A stretch of 52,318 nucleotides of DNA from a virus (taxonomy: Duplodnaviria; Caudoviricetes). The position numbers and the translations under genes were made by a program. Under the pieces are notes generated by a model. That model was given only the letters and a program-made list of their open reading frames with translations, did no database searches and was not told the origin of the DNA. Position 1 is the first letter of the stretch. Every line of letters begins with the position of its first letter. This document shows positions 38,677 through 46,170 of this stretch, one piece after another. Location of the stretch: IMG/VR virus record IMGVR_UViG_3300032331_000666, positions 1-52,318 of that record, one strand, 5' to 3'.

Positions 38677-39548
38677 AAATCACAAACGTATTTAATCTTC
38701 CTAAACCATTTGAGAACATAGCTAAGAACCCTAGCTACTCAAAAGGTAAGGCTCATATATCAGCTACAAGTCTTCTTAACAGTCCTAAGATTGTAACGCT
38801 ATTAAAGAAGTATGATGATGAGTTAAGCCAGGATGTTTCAGATATGATTTGGTCTATCTTTGGATCAGCTGTTCATAACGTGCTTGAAAAAGGTGCAGAT
38901 GAAAATAACTTGGTTGAACAAAGATTCTATGCTGAGGTAGATGGTTGGCATGTATCAGGTGCAATTGATCTTCAAGTTGTAGATGCTGATGGTATTCATA
39001 TTAAAGACTATAAGACAACTTCTGTTTGGGCGGTAATGAATGATAAGCCTGAATGGGAACAACAACTTAACATCTATGCATGGTTAGTTCAAAAGAATAA
39101 ACAAGTGCCTATTAAGTCATTACAGATTGTTGGTATCTTGAAAGATTGGTCAAAGCGTGAAGCTGAACGCAAGCCTGAGTATCCACAACGTAACGTAGCT
39201 ATAGTCAATATTCCACTATGGACATTTGAAGAGCAAGAAGCTTTTATCAAAGGCCGTATTGCTAAACATAGTGCCGCTGAGTTTGCCTTAGAGACCGAAG
39301 CTGAATTACCTGAATGCACACCTCAAGAGATGTGGGAAAAGCCACCTGTATGGGCAGTGATTAAAGTAGGTAATACAAGAGCCAAGTCACTTCATGAAAC
39401 AGCAGAGTTAGCTGATGCAGCATTAAACGAATTAGGTAAGGGTTATGAGATACAAGTTAGAAAAGGTGACAGAACAAGGTGTAAAGATTATTGTTTAGTT
39501 AATAGATGGTGTAAGCAATATAAAGAATATACGGAGGCTCAAACATGA
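38673..39548 (+). CDS. PD-(D/E)XK exonuclease (Cas4/RecB-like)
   Basis: G.AVH..LE, SGAIDL, IKDYKT, QLNIY, C-terminal RC..YC.V..WC. Confidence 0.85.
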   Translation: MKITNVFNLPKPFENIAKNPSYSKGKAHISATSLLNSPKIVTLLKKYDDELSQDVSDMIWSIFGSAVHNVLEKGADENNLVEQRFYAEVDGWHVSGAIDLQVVDADGIHIKDYKTTSVWAVMNDKPEWEQQLNIYAWLVQKNKQVPIKSLQIVGILKDWSKREAERKPEYPQRNVAIVNIPLWTFEEQEAFIKGRIAKHSAAEFALETEAELPECTPQEMWEKPPVWAVIKVGNTRAKSLHETAELADAALNELGKGYEIQVRKGDRTRCKDYCLVNRWCKQYKEYTEAQT

Positions 39549-39784
39549 GCAAACAACAGTCAGATGGATCTACAGCAAGTTATTACGAATTGCCTGAGGG
39601 TGCAACAGAATTGCAAGAACTAATAAGTGCTAAGAATATGAATGCACAGATTGGTGAAATATTTAGAGCTTGTTATCGTTATGGTGAAGTGGCTCATAGT
39701 CCAGAGATTAGAGATATAAAGAAGATTTTATTCTATGCAAAAGCTGAATTAGAAAGATTAAATAAACTAGAAAAGGTGAGCTAA
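39545..39784 (+). CDS. Conserved phage protein (DUF3310/SaV-like)
   Basis: SDGSTASYYELP...GEIFRACYR...DIKKI.FY...EL.RL. Confidence 0.55.
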   Translation: MSKQQSDGSTASYYELPEGATELQELISAKNMNAQIGEIFRACYRYGEVAHSPEIRDIKKILFYAKAELERLNKLEKVS

Positions 39785-40468
39785 ATGAGTGTATATAGAA
39801 AGTTACAAGAGGCAAGGATTGATCTTCAGTCTAAGCCTTTAAAGAAGTCTGGCAAGAATAATTTTGCTGGGTATCAGTATTTTGAATTAGCTGATTTTCT
39901 ACCATCAATACAACAGATCTGTTTAGATAGAGGATTATGTGGTTCAGTAACCTTTTATACAGATATTGCAGTATTGACTATTACAGATGTAGATAAGCCA
40001 GAGGATAAGATTGAATTTAAATGTCCTATGTCTTCAGCTGCACTAAAAGGATGTCATGAGGTCCAGAATTTAGGGGCAGTTCAGACGTACTTAAGGCGCT
40101 ATCTGTGGACAAATGCTTTTGAGATTGTTGAACACGACTCTCTTGATGCTACCACAGGAAAAGATGAACCAAAAAAAGCTAAGTCTATAGTAACAAGTCC
40201 AATTTCTGTAGATAAAAAAGAAACATGGCAAAATGATCTAATTGTTTGTAAGGAGGATCCAAACGATCCTACTGTGTGGAGAAACGATCTTATATCTGGA
40301 ACAGAAGCAAAGTTTACGTTTTGTGAAAATGTTGCAATACTTATGAACACTTTCAAAGTAAACAAAGTTTCTTATGACAGATTAAAGGATGAGTCTCCAG
40401 ATGATTTCAAAAACCTTATGAACAAGTTTACAGAAGTAAAAACAAAACTAGAAAAGGAAGCAGTATGA
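39785..40468 (+). CDS. erf: ERF-family ssDNA annealing recombinase
   Basis: KSGKNNFAGYQYFEL.D...Q.LGAVQTYLRRY....F.I.E.D..D. Confidence 0.88.
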   Translation: MSVYRKLQEARIDLQSKPLKKSGKNNFAGYQYFELADFLPSIQQICLDRGLCGSVTFYTDIAVLTITDVDKPEDKIEFKCPMSSAALKGCHEVQNLGAVQTYLRRYLWTNAFEIVEHDSLDATTGKDEPKKAKSIVTSPISVDKKETWQNDLIVCKEDPNDPTVWRNDLISGTEAKFTFCENVAILMNTFKVNKVSYDRLKDESPDDFKNLMNKFTEVKTKLEKEAV

Positions 40469-40632
40469 ATATCAAACTTGAACTAACTCAAGAAGAAACA
40501 GGATTCTTAATGGGAGTTTTGGCAGAACTACCTACTAAGACAGGCGCTTGGACTTTGATTCAAAAAATTAAAGAGCAAGCAGAACCACAAGTACCACCAC
40601 AACTTAAAACAGAGGAGACCTTAAATGGCTGA
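40465..40632 (+). CDS. 55-aa hypothetical protein
   Basis: MNIKLELTQEETGFLMGVLAELPTKTGAW...; AAGGA RBS, ATGA overlap; below ORF-track cutoff. Confidence 0.65.
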   Translation: MNIKLELTQEETGFLMGVLAELPTKTGAWTLIQKIKEQAEPQVPPQLKTEETLNG

Positions 40633-40894
40633 GCAAAGAGCAAATAGCGGTTCGCTAGGAAAGAACAGATACAAAGACAATGAAAAGAAACCAGATCTTA
40701 CAGGCAACATTCATGTAGATCGCAATCTATTAATTGACTTACTTACTAAACATAAAGATAAGCCTCTTATTCAGTTAAGACTATCTGCATGGAATAAGCA
40801 AAACAATGATACAGGCGAAGGTTTCTTGGGTATAGCAGTATCAGAACCTATGCCTCCTAAAACAGAAGCTGGCAAAAATCCTTGGGAGGCGTAA
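40625..40894 (+). CDS. Small SSB-like (OB-fold, DUF736-like) protein
   Basis: N..K.NEKKPD.TG...LSAW.K...FL.I.VSEP; located near ERF. Confidence 0.6.
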   Translation: MAEQRANSGSLGKNRYKDNEKKPDLTGNIHVDRNLLIDLLTKHKDKPLIQLRLSAWNKQNNDTGEGFLGIAVSEPMPPKTEAGKNPWEA

Positions 40895-41316
40895 TGGAAA
40901 CCATTCAGTTTGAAGGTGTTAAGGTAGCACTCAAACAAGATAAAACTGGATATGTTCTAACGCTTTCTATGCATCCTGACGACATCCCTGAGAGTTTACT
41001 TAGGGATTTTGTCGGTGCTAGATACCAAGTGGTAATGGTTAGATTAGATAATCATGAGGCTCCAATTGATCGTCAAGACGAGTTTTCTTCTGATCGAGCT
41101 GTGAGGATATCTGGTATGTTGTGTCGTGATCCAAAGTTCTGGGAGTATCTATATTCTAAAAGTGATATAGCTACCAAAGACTATGAGACTGTTACACAAT
41201 GGCTAAGGTTTTATCTGGATTTAGAATCAAGATCTCAACTTAAAACTAACATTGAAGCTCAAAATAAACTTGACGCTTTATATAGGGAATATACTGCATG
41301 GAAACCAATAAGCTAA
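40894..41316 (+). CDS. Hypothetical phage protein
   Basis: GGAGG RBS before METIQFEG; HPDD.P, GMLCRDP.FW. Confidence 0.6.
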   Translation: METIQFEGVKVALKQDKTGYVLTLSMHPDDIPESLLRDFVGARYQVVMVRLDNHEAPIDRQDEFSSDRAVRISGMLCRDPKFWEYLYSKSDIATKDYETVTQWLRFYLDLESRSQLKTNIEAQNKLDALYREYTAWKPIS

Positions 41317-41582
41317 TACCGTATTCAGTCTATTTGCCTAGTGACTTACATAAGAAGTTAAAGTTATTAGCACGTGATCGTAAAGCCTCTGAGCTTATAC
41401 GTAATGCAATTCAAATGATTATTGATGGCAATACTGCATACAATAGCGGTTATAACAAAGCGCTTAAAGATACAGTCAAAGTTATCAATACTAATGAAAG
41501 CGCTATTACCATATCTGTTCATGGCATATTGATTGCTGATAATTTAATCTCTGACATAAAAACATTGGAGATAAGCAAATGA
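41298..41582 (+). CDS. Ribbon-helix-helix DNA-binding protein
   Basis: YSVYLP.DL...LK.LA...SELIR.AI pattern. Confidence 0.6.
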   Translation: METNKLIPYSVYLPSDLHKKLKLLARDRKASELIRNAIQMIIDGNTAYNSGYNKALKDTVKVINTNESAITISVHGILIADNLISDIKTLEISK

Positions 41583-41761
41583 CCGAAAACGAAAAAGAAT
41601 ATATGGAGTCACTGTATGCTGGACTTGCCATGATGGGTTATCTCATTCGTGGCAATCCCATACATAAGATCCCTGAAGATGCTAAAGCTATGGCTAAAGC
41701 TATGATGGAAGATGAAAAAGTAATTGGCCTTCCAGCAATCAAAAGAAGAACTAAGAAATGA
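41579..41761 (+). CDS. Hypothetical protein
   Basis: GGAG RBS; YAGLAMMG...A..MA.AMM. Confidence 0.6.
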   Translation: MTENEKEYMESLYAGLAMMGYLIRGNPIHKIPEDAKAMAKAMMEDEKVIGLPAIKRRTKK

Positions 41762-41931
41762 GTGAGCAAAGATATTGCTCATCATGTCTTTCTTTTAGAT
41801 TAGCCGAAACAGGCAAAATGGTTCAAACTGCAAGTAAAAATATCAAACGATTTAAATGCGCTTTGTGTTTGAGCAAAATGATTAAACCAAATAAGGGGTT
41901 ATATGTTCCAAGAGCTCATAAAAATAGCTGA
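41758..41931 (+). CDS. Small CxxC...CxxC Zn-finger protein
   Basis: MSEQRYCSSC...RFKCALC; ATGA overlap; not in ORF track. Confidence 0.55.
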   Translation: MSEQRYCSSCLSFRLAETGKMVQTASKNIKRFKCALCLSKMIKPNKGLYVPRAHKNS

Positions 41932-42106
41932 AGAAGTCTATACACTAGATAAGCAACTTGGCATCCGTATGGGAAAATGTTTAGAGTCTTTAGGTAAAAA
42001 GATTGAAACACATAACAAAGAAACAAAAGCCACCAATGTTAAGATTAGTAAATTAGAAAGCAAGATTAAAATTTTAGAAAGCGCTATGCGTAGGAGAATG
42101 CACTAA
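41903..42106 (+). CDS. Hypothetical coiled-coil protein
   Basis: AAGGGG RBS; in operon. Confidence 0.55.
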   Translation: MFQELIKIAEEVYTLDKQLGIRMGKCLESLGKKIETHNKETKATNVKISKLESKIKILESAMRRRMH

Positions 42107-42306
42107 TGGAAAACTATAAACAATGGATGGAACAAAAGCTTACATCTGAAGACATGGATAAATTACCTAAGGTTATAAAGCCTTTAACTCCAGAACAGAT
42201 CTCAGATCTTCTTGTACAGAACAAATGGAATATAGGTGACAATGATGGATTGACAGATATTGTTAACCTAATAAGATCAGTAGAAAAAGCACATGGGATT
42301 GTATAG
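42106..42306 (+). CDS. Hypothetical protein
   Basis: KPLT.EQI...R.VEKAHGI motif. Confidence 0.6.
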   Translation: MENYKQWMEQKLTSEDMDKLPKVIKPLTPEQISDLLVQNKWNIGDNDGLTDIVNLIRSVEKAHGIV

Positions 42307-42586
42307 GAATAAGAAGCTATTGGTTATAGTAAGAGAATCTCCCTGTCAGGTTTGTGGGATTGAAGATGGCACAGTTGTTGCAGCGCATTCAAATCAAATG
42401 AGGGATGGTAAATCCACCTCCATGAAATCAAATGATTACAGAATTGCCGCAATGTGTTATAAATGTCATTCTAATCTTGATCAAGGAAGCAAGTTGACAA
42501 GAGAAGAAAGAGTCGATATGTGGGAAGATGCCCATAGAAAGACTATAGGTTGGTTGTTTGAAAAAGAACATTTGGAGGTTAAATGA
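42293..42586 (+). CDS. DUF1364/YbcO-like His-Cys nuclease-fold protein
   Basis: CQVCG..TVVAAHSN...D..IA.MC..CH..LD. Confidence 0.75.
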   Translation: MGLYRNKKLLVIVRESPCQVCGIEDGTVVAAHSNQMRDGKSTSMKSNDYRIAAMCYKCHSNLDQGSKLTREERVDMWEDAHRKTIGWLFEKEHLEVK

Positions 42587-42717
42587 AAACACAATTTGGT
42601 TTGTTGGTAGGATTTTTAGGGATATGTATGATTCCTATTGCAATAATATTTGTAGCATTTAGAGCCTCTTGTAGTTTTGTAAGCAGGATAGCTATGGAAG
42701 GATTACATGATGATTAA
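42583..42717 (+). CDS. 44-aa membrane peptide
   Basis: GGAGG RBS; FGLLVGFLGICMIPIAIIFVAF. Confidence 0.55.
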   Translation: MKTQFGLLVGFLGICMIPIAIIFVAFRASCSFVSRIAMEGLHDD

Positions 42718-42955
42718 CGCTGGCAAACAACCATATGCATGGGTCTATGAAGAATTTGACCATGAACATAATTTAGTCAAAAGCTTTGTAACACCATTCA
42801 AGCCTTCTGAAATTTCATTCAAAAATGAATTAAAAACAAAACTCCACAATATTACATTAACACCTTTATATAGATGTGATGATAAAGCTGAAAAGTTTAC
42901 CGCAGTAAAGAAGTACGATAGTAAATTACTAGTAGAAGCTAACTTAGGACTTTAA
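42707..42955 (+). CDS. Hypothetical protein
   Basis: P.AWVYE...PLY pattern; in operon. Confidence 0.55.
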   Translation: MMINAGKQPYAWVYEEFDHEHNLVKSFVTPFKPSEISFKNELKTKLHNITLTPLYRCDDKAEKFTAVKKYDSKLLVEANLGL

Positions 42956-42956
42956 C

Positions 42957-43304
42957 ATGACCACAAGGCTCATCAACGATCATACTATTAAAATCACTTA
43001 TGATATGTTGAGAAAGATGCCTCCCTTCAATGAATGGAACCTTCCAGCTCCGCACAAAATAATATTTGAAAGCAATACAGACCCAACAATTTGTGGTGAG
43101 TTTGATGTAGAGCCTATGGTTATGAGAATCAGCACACACCACCAAGAAACTTATGTCAACATGATGAGAACTGTTGCACATGAGATGGTTCATCTAAAAC
43201 TTTACTTAGATGGAAAAACACATTATGATAAACACGATAAGACATTTAGAAAGATGATGTTTCAATTCAATGCCTTATATGGATTTGATAGGAAAGAATT
43301 ATAA
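42957..43304 (+). CDS. SprT-like zinc metallopeptidase
   Basis: TVAHEMVH...HDKTF (HExxH plus distal H). Confidence 0.75.
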   Translation: MTTRLINDHTIKITYDMLRKMPPFNEWNLPAPHKIIFESNTDPTICGEFDVEPMVMRISTHHQETYVNMMRTVAHEMVHLKLYLDGKTHYDKHDKTFRKMMFQFNALYGFDRKEL

Positions 43305-43321
43305 ACTTACGGGGGAACACA

Positions 43322-44026
43322 GTGAAATATAAATCAGTATTAGTAATATCAGACTTGCATATACCTTACCATCATCCTGATGCTTTTGCGTTTCTTAAAG
43401 CTCTTAAAACAAAATACAAGCCAGATCACATAGTTAATATAGGCGATGAATTAGATTGTCATGCTATGTCTATGCATGATTCTGATCCTGATCTTTACTC
43501 AGCAGGCCATGAGTTGGCAGCCTCCATATCTTACATTCAAACACTTGAAAAGATATTTCCTAAGATGACGTTGGTTCATTCTAACCATTCATCTATGTTA
43601 TTTAGACGTGCTTTAAAACATGGTGTTCCTAAAGGATACCTTAAAGACTACAATGATTATCTTGGTGTAGGTAAAGGATGGCAATGGGTAGAAGATCATA
43701 CAGTTACACTTTCAGATAATTCACGTTGCTTTTTTACGCACGGACTATCTGCTGATGTGCTTAAAGTAGCTATGCAGTACGGAATGCACACTGTGCAGGG
43801 CCACTACCATACCAAGTTCAGCATAGGCTATTACTCTAATCCAGATCAGTTAGTCTGGGGCATGCAGGTAGGTTGTTTGATTAATCAGAAGTCTATGGCA
43901 TTTCAATACGCAAAGAACTTTAAGACTAGATTCATTGTAGGTTGCGGTATGATTATTAATGGTCAACCAAAACTTATGCCTATGATGCTTAATGAAAATG
44001 GTAAATGGATAGGTAAATTATTATGA
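43322..44026 (+). CDS. Calcineurin-like metallophosphoesterase
   Basis: SDLH, GDELD, SNH, THG, GHYH motifs; GTG start with GGGGGA RBS. Confidence 0.88.
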   Translation: MKYKSVLVISDLHIPYHHPDAFAFLKALKTKYKPDHIVNIGDELDCHAMSMHDSDPDLYSAGHELAASISYIQTLEKIFPKMTLVHSNHSSMLFRRALKHGVPKGYLKDYNDYLGVGKGWQWVEDHTVTLSDNSRCFFTHGLSADVLKVAMQYGMHTVQGHYHTKFSIGYYSNPDQLVWGMQVGCLINQKSMAFQYAKNFKTRFIVGCGMIINGQPKLMPMMLNENGKWIGKLL

Positions 44027-44193
44027 GTTATGTAATGATTGTTATTATGTTTGGCAATATGTCTGTTGAAACTTATAGTGTAAATTTTGACTCTCAACTT
44101 ACTTGTGAGAACGCAAAAACAGCTATAATAGAAAAGTATGATAATGTTAAACGTCCAGGGATCACCCCTGTGATTTTATGTGTAAGGAAATAG
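44023..44193 (+). CDS. 56-aa hypothetical protein
   Basis: MSYVMIVIMFG...FDSQLTCENAK...CVRK; overlapping-start coupling. Confidence 0.55.
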   Translation: MSYVMIVIMFGNMSVETYSVNFDSQLTCENAKTAIIEKYDNVKRPGITPVILCVRK

Positions 44194-44194
44194 T

Positions 44195-44386
44195 ATGGCA
44201 AGTGAAGCAGGAAAAGGTAGTAAGCAAAGACCTACAAATAGAGAAGCATTTGAAGAGTCATATGATCGTATATGGAAAAAGAAAAAACAGTTAAGAGAAG
44301 GTATGCATTATGAAACTGATACCGATAATCTTCATGATATTAAGTATGATGTAAAGTATATGCCCGAAGATCACTATGAAGAGTGA
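44195..44386 (+). CDS. Hypothetical protein
   Basis: GKGSKQRP...F..SYDRIW motif. Confidence 0.65.
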   Translation: MASEAGKGSKQRPTNREAFEESYDRIWKKKKQLREGMHYETDTDNLHDIKYDVKYMPEDHYEE

Positions 44387-44534
44387 GGTTCAGTCGCCTT
44401 GTATTAAAATTTGTAAGCTAGAAAATAATCACTGTGTTGGATGCGGTAGATCTAAGCATGACATTACTTATTGGAGTGAATACAGTAATGAAAAGAAGTT
44501 TAAGATAGTAAGACAACTTAAGAAGAAAAAATGA
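44376..44534 (+). CDS. DUF1289-family Cys-rich (putative Fe-S/Zn) protein
   Basis: SPCIKIC...CVGCGR...I..W; 52 aa, not in ORF track. Confidence 0.8.
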   Translation: MKSEVQSPCIKICKLENNHCVGCGRSKHDITYWSEYSNEKKFKIVRQLKKKK

Positions 44535-44638
44535 ACAAACTTCAAGCAATCGTAGAAGCTATTATAATCTTAACTATCATGTGGTTTTTTTATGGCTTTA
44601 TTAAAGTATGTCTTATGGCCTACGACTTCTTTATCTAA
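44531..44638 (+). CDS. 35-aa membrane peptide
   Basis: MNKLQAIVEAIIILTIMWFFYGFIKVCLMAYDFFI; ATGA overlap. Confidence 0.5.
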   Translation: MNKLQAIVEAIIILTIMWFFYGFIKVCLMAYDFFI

Positions 44639-45253
44639 CTACCAAAACATAGTCAATACGTCATCAATACGTATTAAATGCCCCTGCAATGTAATCCTGT
44701 AATCACCTTCAACATATTCTTTTAGTCCAGCAATTCTATGTAATACAGTTCCATCATGGCCTATGATCTCTTTCTCTGCATAAGGCAGATACTTTTGCTC
44801 TCCATCTTCAATATAATCCAACCCTCCCCCACCTGTAGGTAGTTTAATTACCACTGTAAATGCATAGGGGTCAATACTGCCTAAATCTAGAGTAATATGC
44901 GGGTAGTCTTTATGCCAAAGTCCTGCATGGGTGAGCAGGAATCGGCTTGAAACGAATATATGAAAGGATGGGTGAGATAGAGAATAGTTAAGCTTTATTG
45001 GCTCTTTAAACTGATCTGATAAGTAATCAATAATGATATCATATGTGTCGCCAAACTGTTCACGCAGTATGGGATTTAATACCTTGAGATCTTGTCTGTA
45101 TTCTGGAGTCTTACCATCTAGGTAAGCGTTTCTTCCAAGCGTATAGAAGAAAAATTCATTTGATCTGGATACCCAATACTTCTGAAGTCTAAAGACTTTA
45201 TCAGCTATCTCTTCAGTATTGATATCTAATTTGTGAGAAATAAAAGGGGGCAT
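44639..45253 (-). CDS. Fe(II)/2-oxoglutarate oxygenase-like protein
   Basis: HKD (HxD), FTVVIKLP.GGGGL, distal LHRI and RITLQGH (R-x-T) fit a DSBH dioxygenase; ATG at 45253 (alternative TTG at 45262). Confidence 0.7.
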   Translation of the reverse strand: MPPFISHKLDINTEEIADKVFRLQKYWVSRSNEFFFYTLGRNAYLDGKTPEYRQDLKVLNPILREQFGDTYDIIIDYLSDQFKEPIKLNYSLSHPSFHIFVSSRFLLTHAGLWHKDYPHITLDLGSIDPYAFTVVIKLPTGGGGLDYIEDGEQKYLPYAEKEIIGHDGTVLHRIAGLKEYVEGDYRITLQGHLIRIDDVLTMFW

Positions 45254-45260
45254 AGCCCCC
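45242..45260 (-). terminator. Terminator/attenuator hairpin after pqqA
   Basis: Minus strand GGGGGC-TAT-GCCCCC-TTTT, 9 nt after the pqqA stop. Confidence 0.75.
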
Positions 45261-45269
45261 AATTATACA

Positions 45270-45341
45270 TTACTTATTCATTACGTACATCGTCACTTCA
45301 AAGCCAAATCTCATTTCTGTTGCTGATGGAGTTGTCCACAT
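45270..45341 (-). CDS. pqqA: Pyrroloquinoline quinone precursor peptide PqqA (MWTTPSATEMRFGFEVTMYVMNK)
   Basis: Canonical MW..P....R.GFEVTMY with E-x3-Y core; AAAGGA RBS; 23 aa. Confidence 0.97.
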   Translation of the reverse strand: MWTTPSATEMRFGFEVTMYVMNK

Positions 45342-45524
45342 AATATTTTCCTTTGTATATAAAAAAGACCTATTTTTGCTACACAAACACCTTTGTATGT
45401 AATTTACTCCATACAAGCTAGTTTGTATTGAATATAATGCGCCTTTTGCTATACAAAGTCCTCCATAAAACCATGAATGACAGGTAAAAAAGTAACTCTA
45501 ACAATAAGTAGAGATAGAAATAAG

Positions 45525-45542
45525 TGTAAAGTATGCTTTACA
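45525..45542. promoter_or_regulatory. Palindromic operator-like site TGTAAAG-TATG-CTTTACA
   Basis: Perfect 7-bp inverted repeat in a divergent intergenic region. Confidence 0.5.
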
Positions 45543-45675
45543 TTGGTTTTCACTCAAATCATTGATTTATATACAAATGAATGAAAACAATATTTAATCA
45601 ACTGTAAAAATCAATATGCCTTCTATATAACATTTAGTTATATACATCTATTTCTATATAACTTATATAAATATG

Positions 45676-45704
45676 TTGACACGGATATAGGGATTTGATA
45701 TAGT
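45676..45704 (+). promoter_or_regulatory. Strong sigma70 promoter
   Basis: TTGACA-17 nt-TATAGT. Confidence 0.85.
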
Positions 45705-45709
45705 TTCGT

Positions 45710-45815
45710 TGTGAGTCCCTTTCCTCACATGTCTTTCCTTTACATCTCTCTCGTAAAGTCTCGGTGTCCCTCGCACCTTAAAACCCTTAGATTAAAACCT
45801 AGGGGTTTTTCTTTT
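45710..45815 (+). ncRNA. Small RNA with three C/U-loop hairpins plus intrinsic terminator
   Basis: TGTGAG-TCCCTTTC-CTCACA; CTTTAC-ATCTCTCTC-GTAAAG; GGTGT-CCCTC-GCACC; bounded by a promoter and a terminator; no RBS-led ORF. Confidence 0.8.
45780..45815 (+). terminator. Intrinsic terminator of the sRNA
   Basis: AAAACCCTTAG-ATTAAAAC-CTAGGGGTTTT, then TCTTTT. Confidence 0.8.
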
Positions 45816-45822
45816 ATACCCC

Positions 45823-45851
45823 TTGCATTTTGTTTTAAACAGGAGTAAATT
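45823..45851 (+). promoter_or_regulatory. Probable promoter for the replication operon
   Basis: TTGCAT-17 nt-TAAATT. Confidence 0.5.
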
Positions 45852-45919
45852 TATAAATGAGAGAAGTGAATGAAAGACTAGTGATGTATTTCTACGTCAT
45901 TATCTTCCTATTCCCTTTT

Positions 45920-46170
45920 GTCCGTACTCCAAACGTTATCACTGAACCTAAATGGGTTGCGTGGAATAATACATAGGCCTTGTTACACCCGCAAGCGAGC
46001 CTCGTGAACTTAAATGGGTATCACACAAGATATACTGCCACGGGGTGACTTGCCAACAGTATGTCGATTGAACATTAACTCTGTGTAGGACTGGTATTGG
46101 GTAGCTTCTATTGCTTAATGTGGGTCAAAGGTGTGTCCATCTCACCCTTGGCGGAGCCATATTCTAAAAA
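45920..46170 (+). other. Structured, relatively GC-rich element upstream of the replication genes
   Basis: TGAACYTAAATGGGT at 45943 and 46005; GATATACTG/CAGTATGTC stem; AGGC-CTTG/CAAG-GCCT stem. Confidence 0.45.

Noticed and set aside
38673-39548. Cas4-like nuclease as evidence of a CRISPR system
   Set aside because: No repeat-spacer array or other cas genes; the ERF/SSB context indicates a recombination exonuclease.
44639-45341. Complete PQQ biosynthesis operon
   Set aside because: No PqqB (MBL fold), PqqC, PqqD or radical-SAM PqqE motifs anywhere in the window.
45525-45542. TyrR box (TGTAAA-N6-TTTACA) linking tyrosine sensing to pqqA
   Set aside because: The sequence matches the consensus, but TyrR is mainly gammaproteobacterial and the site is ~180 bp from pqqA; kept only as an unassigned palindrome.
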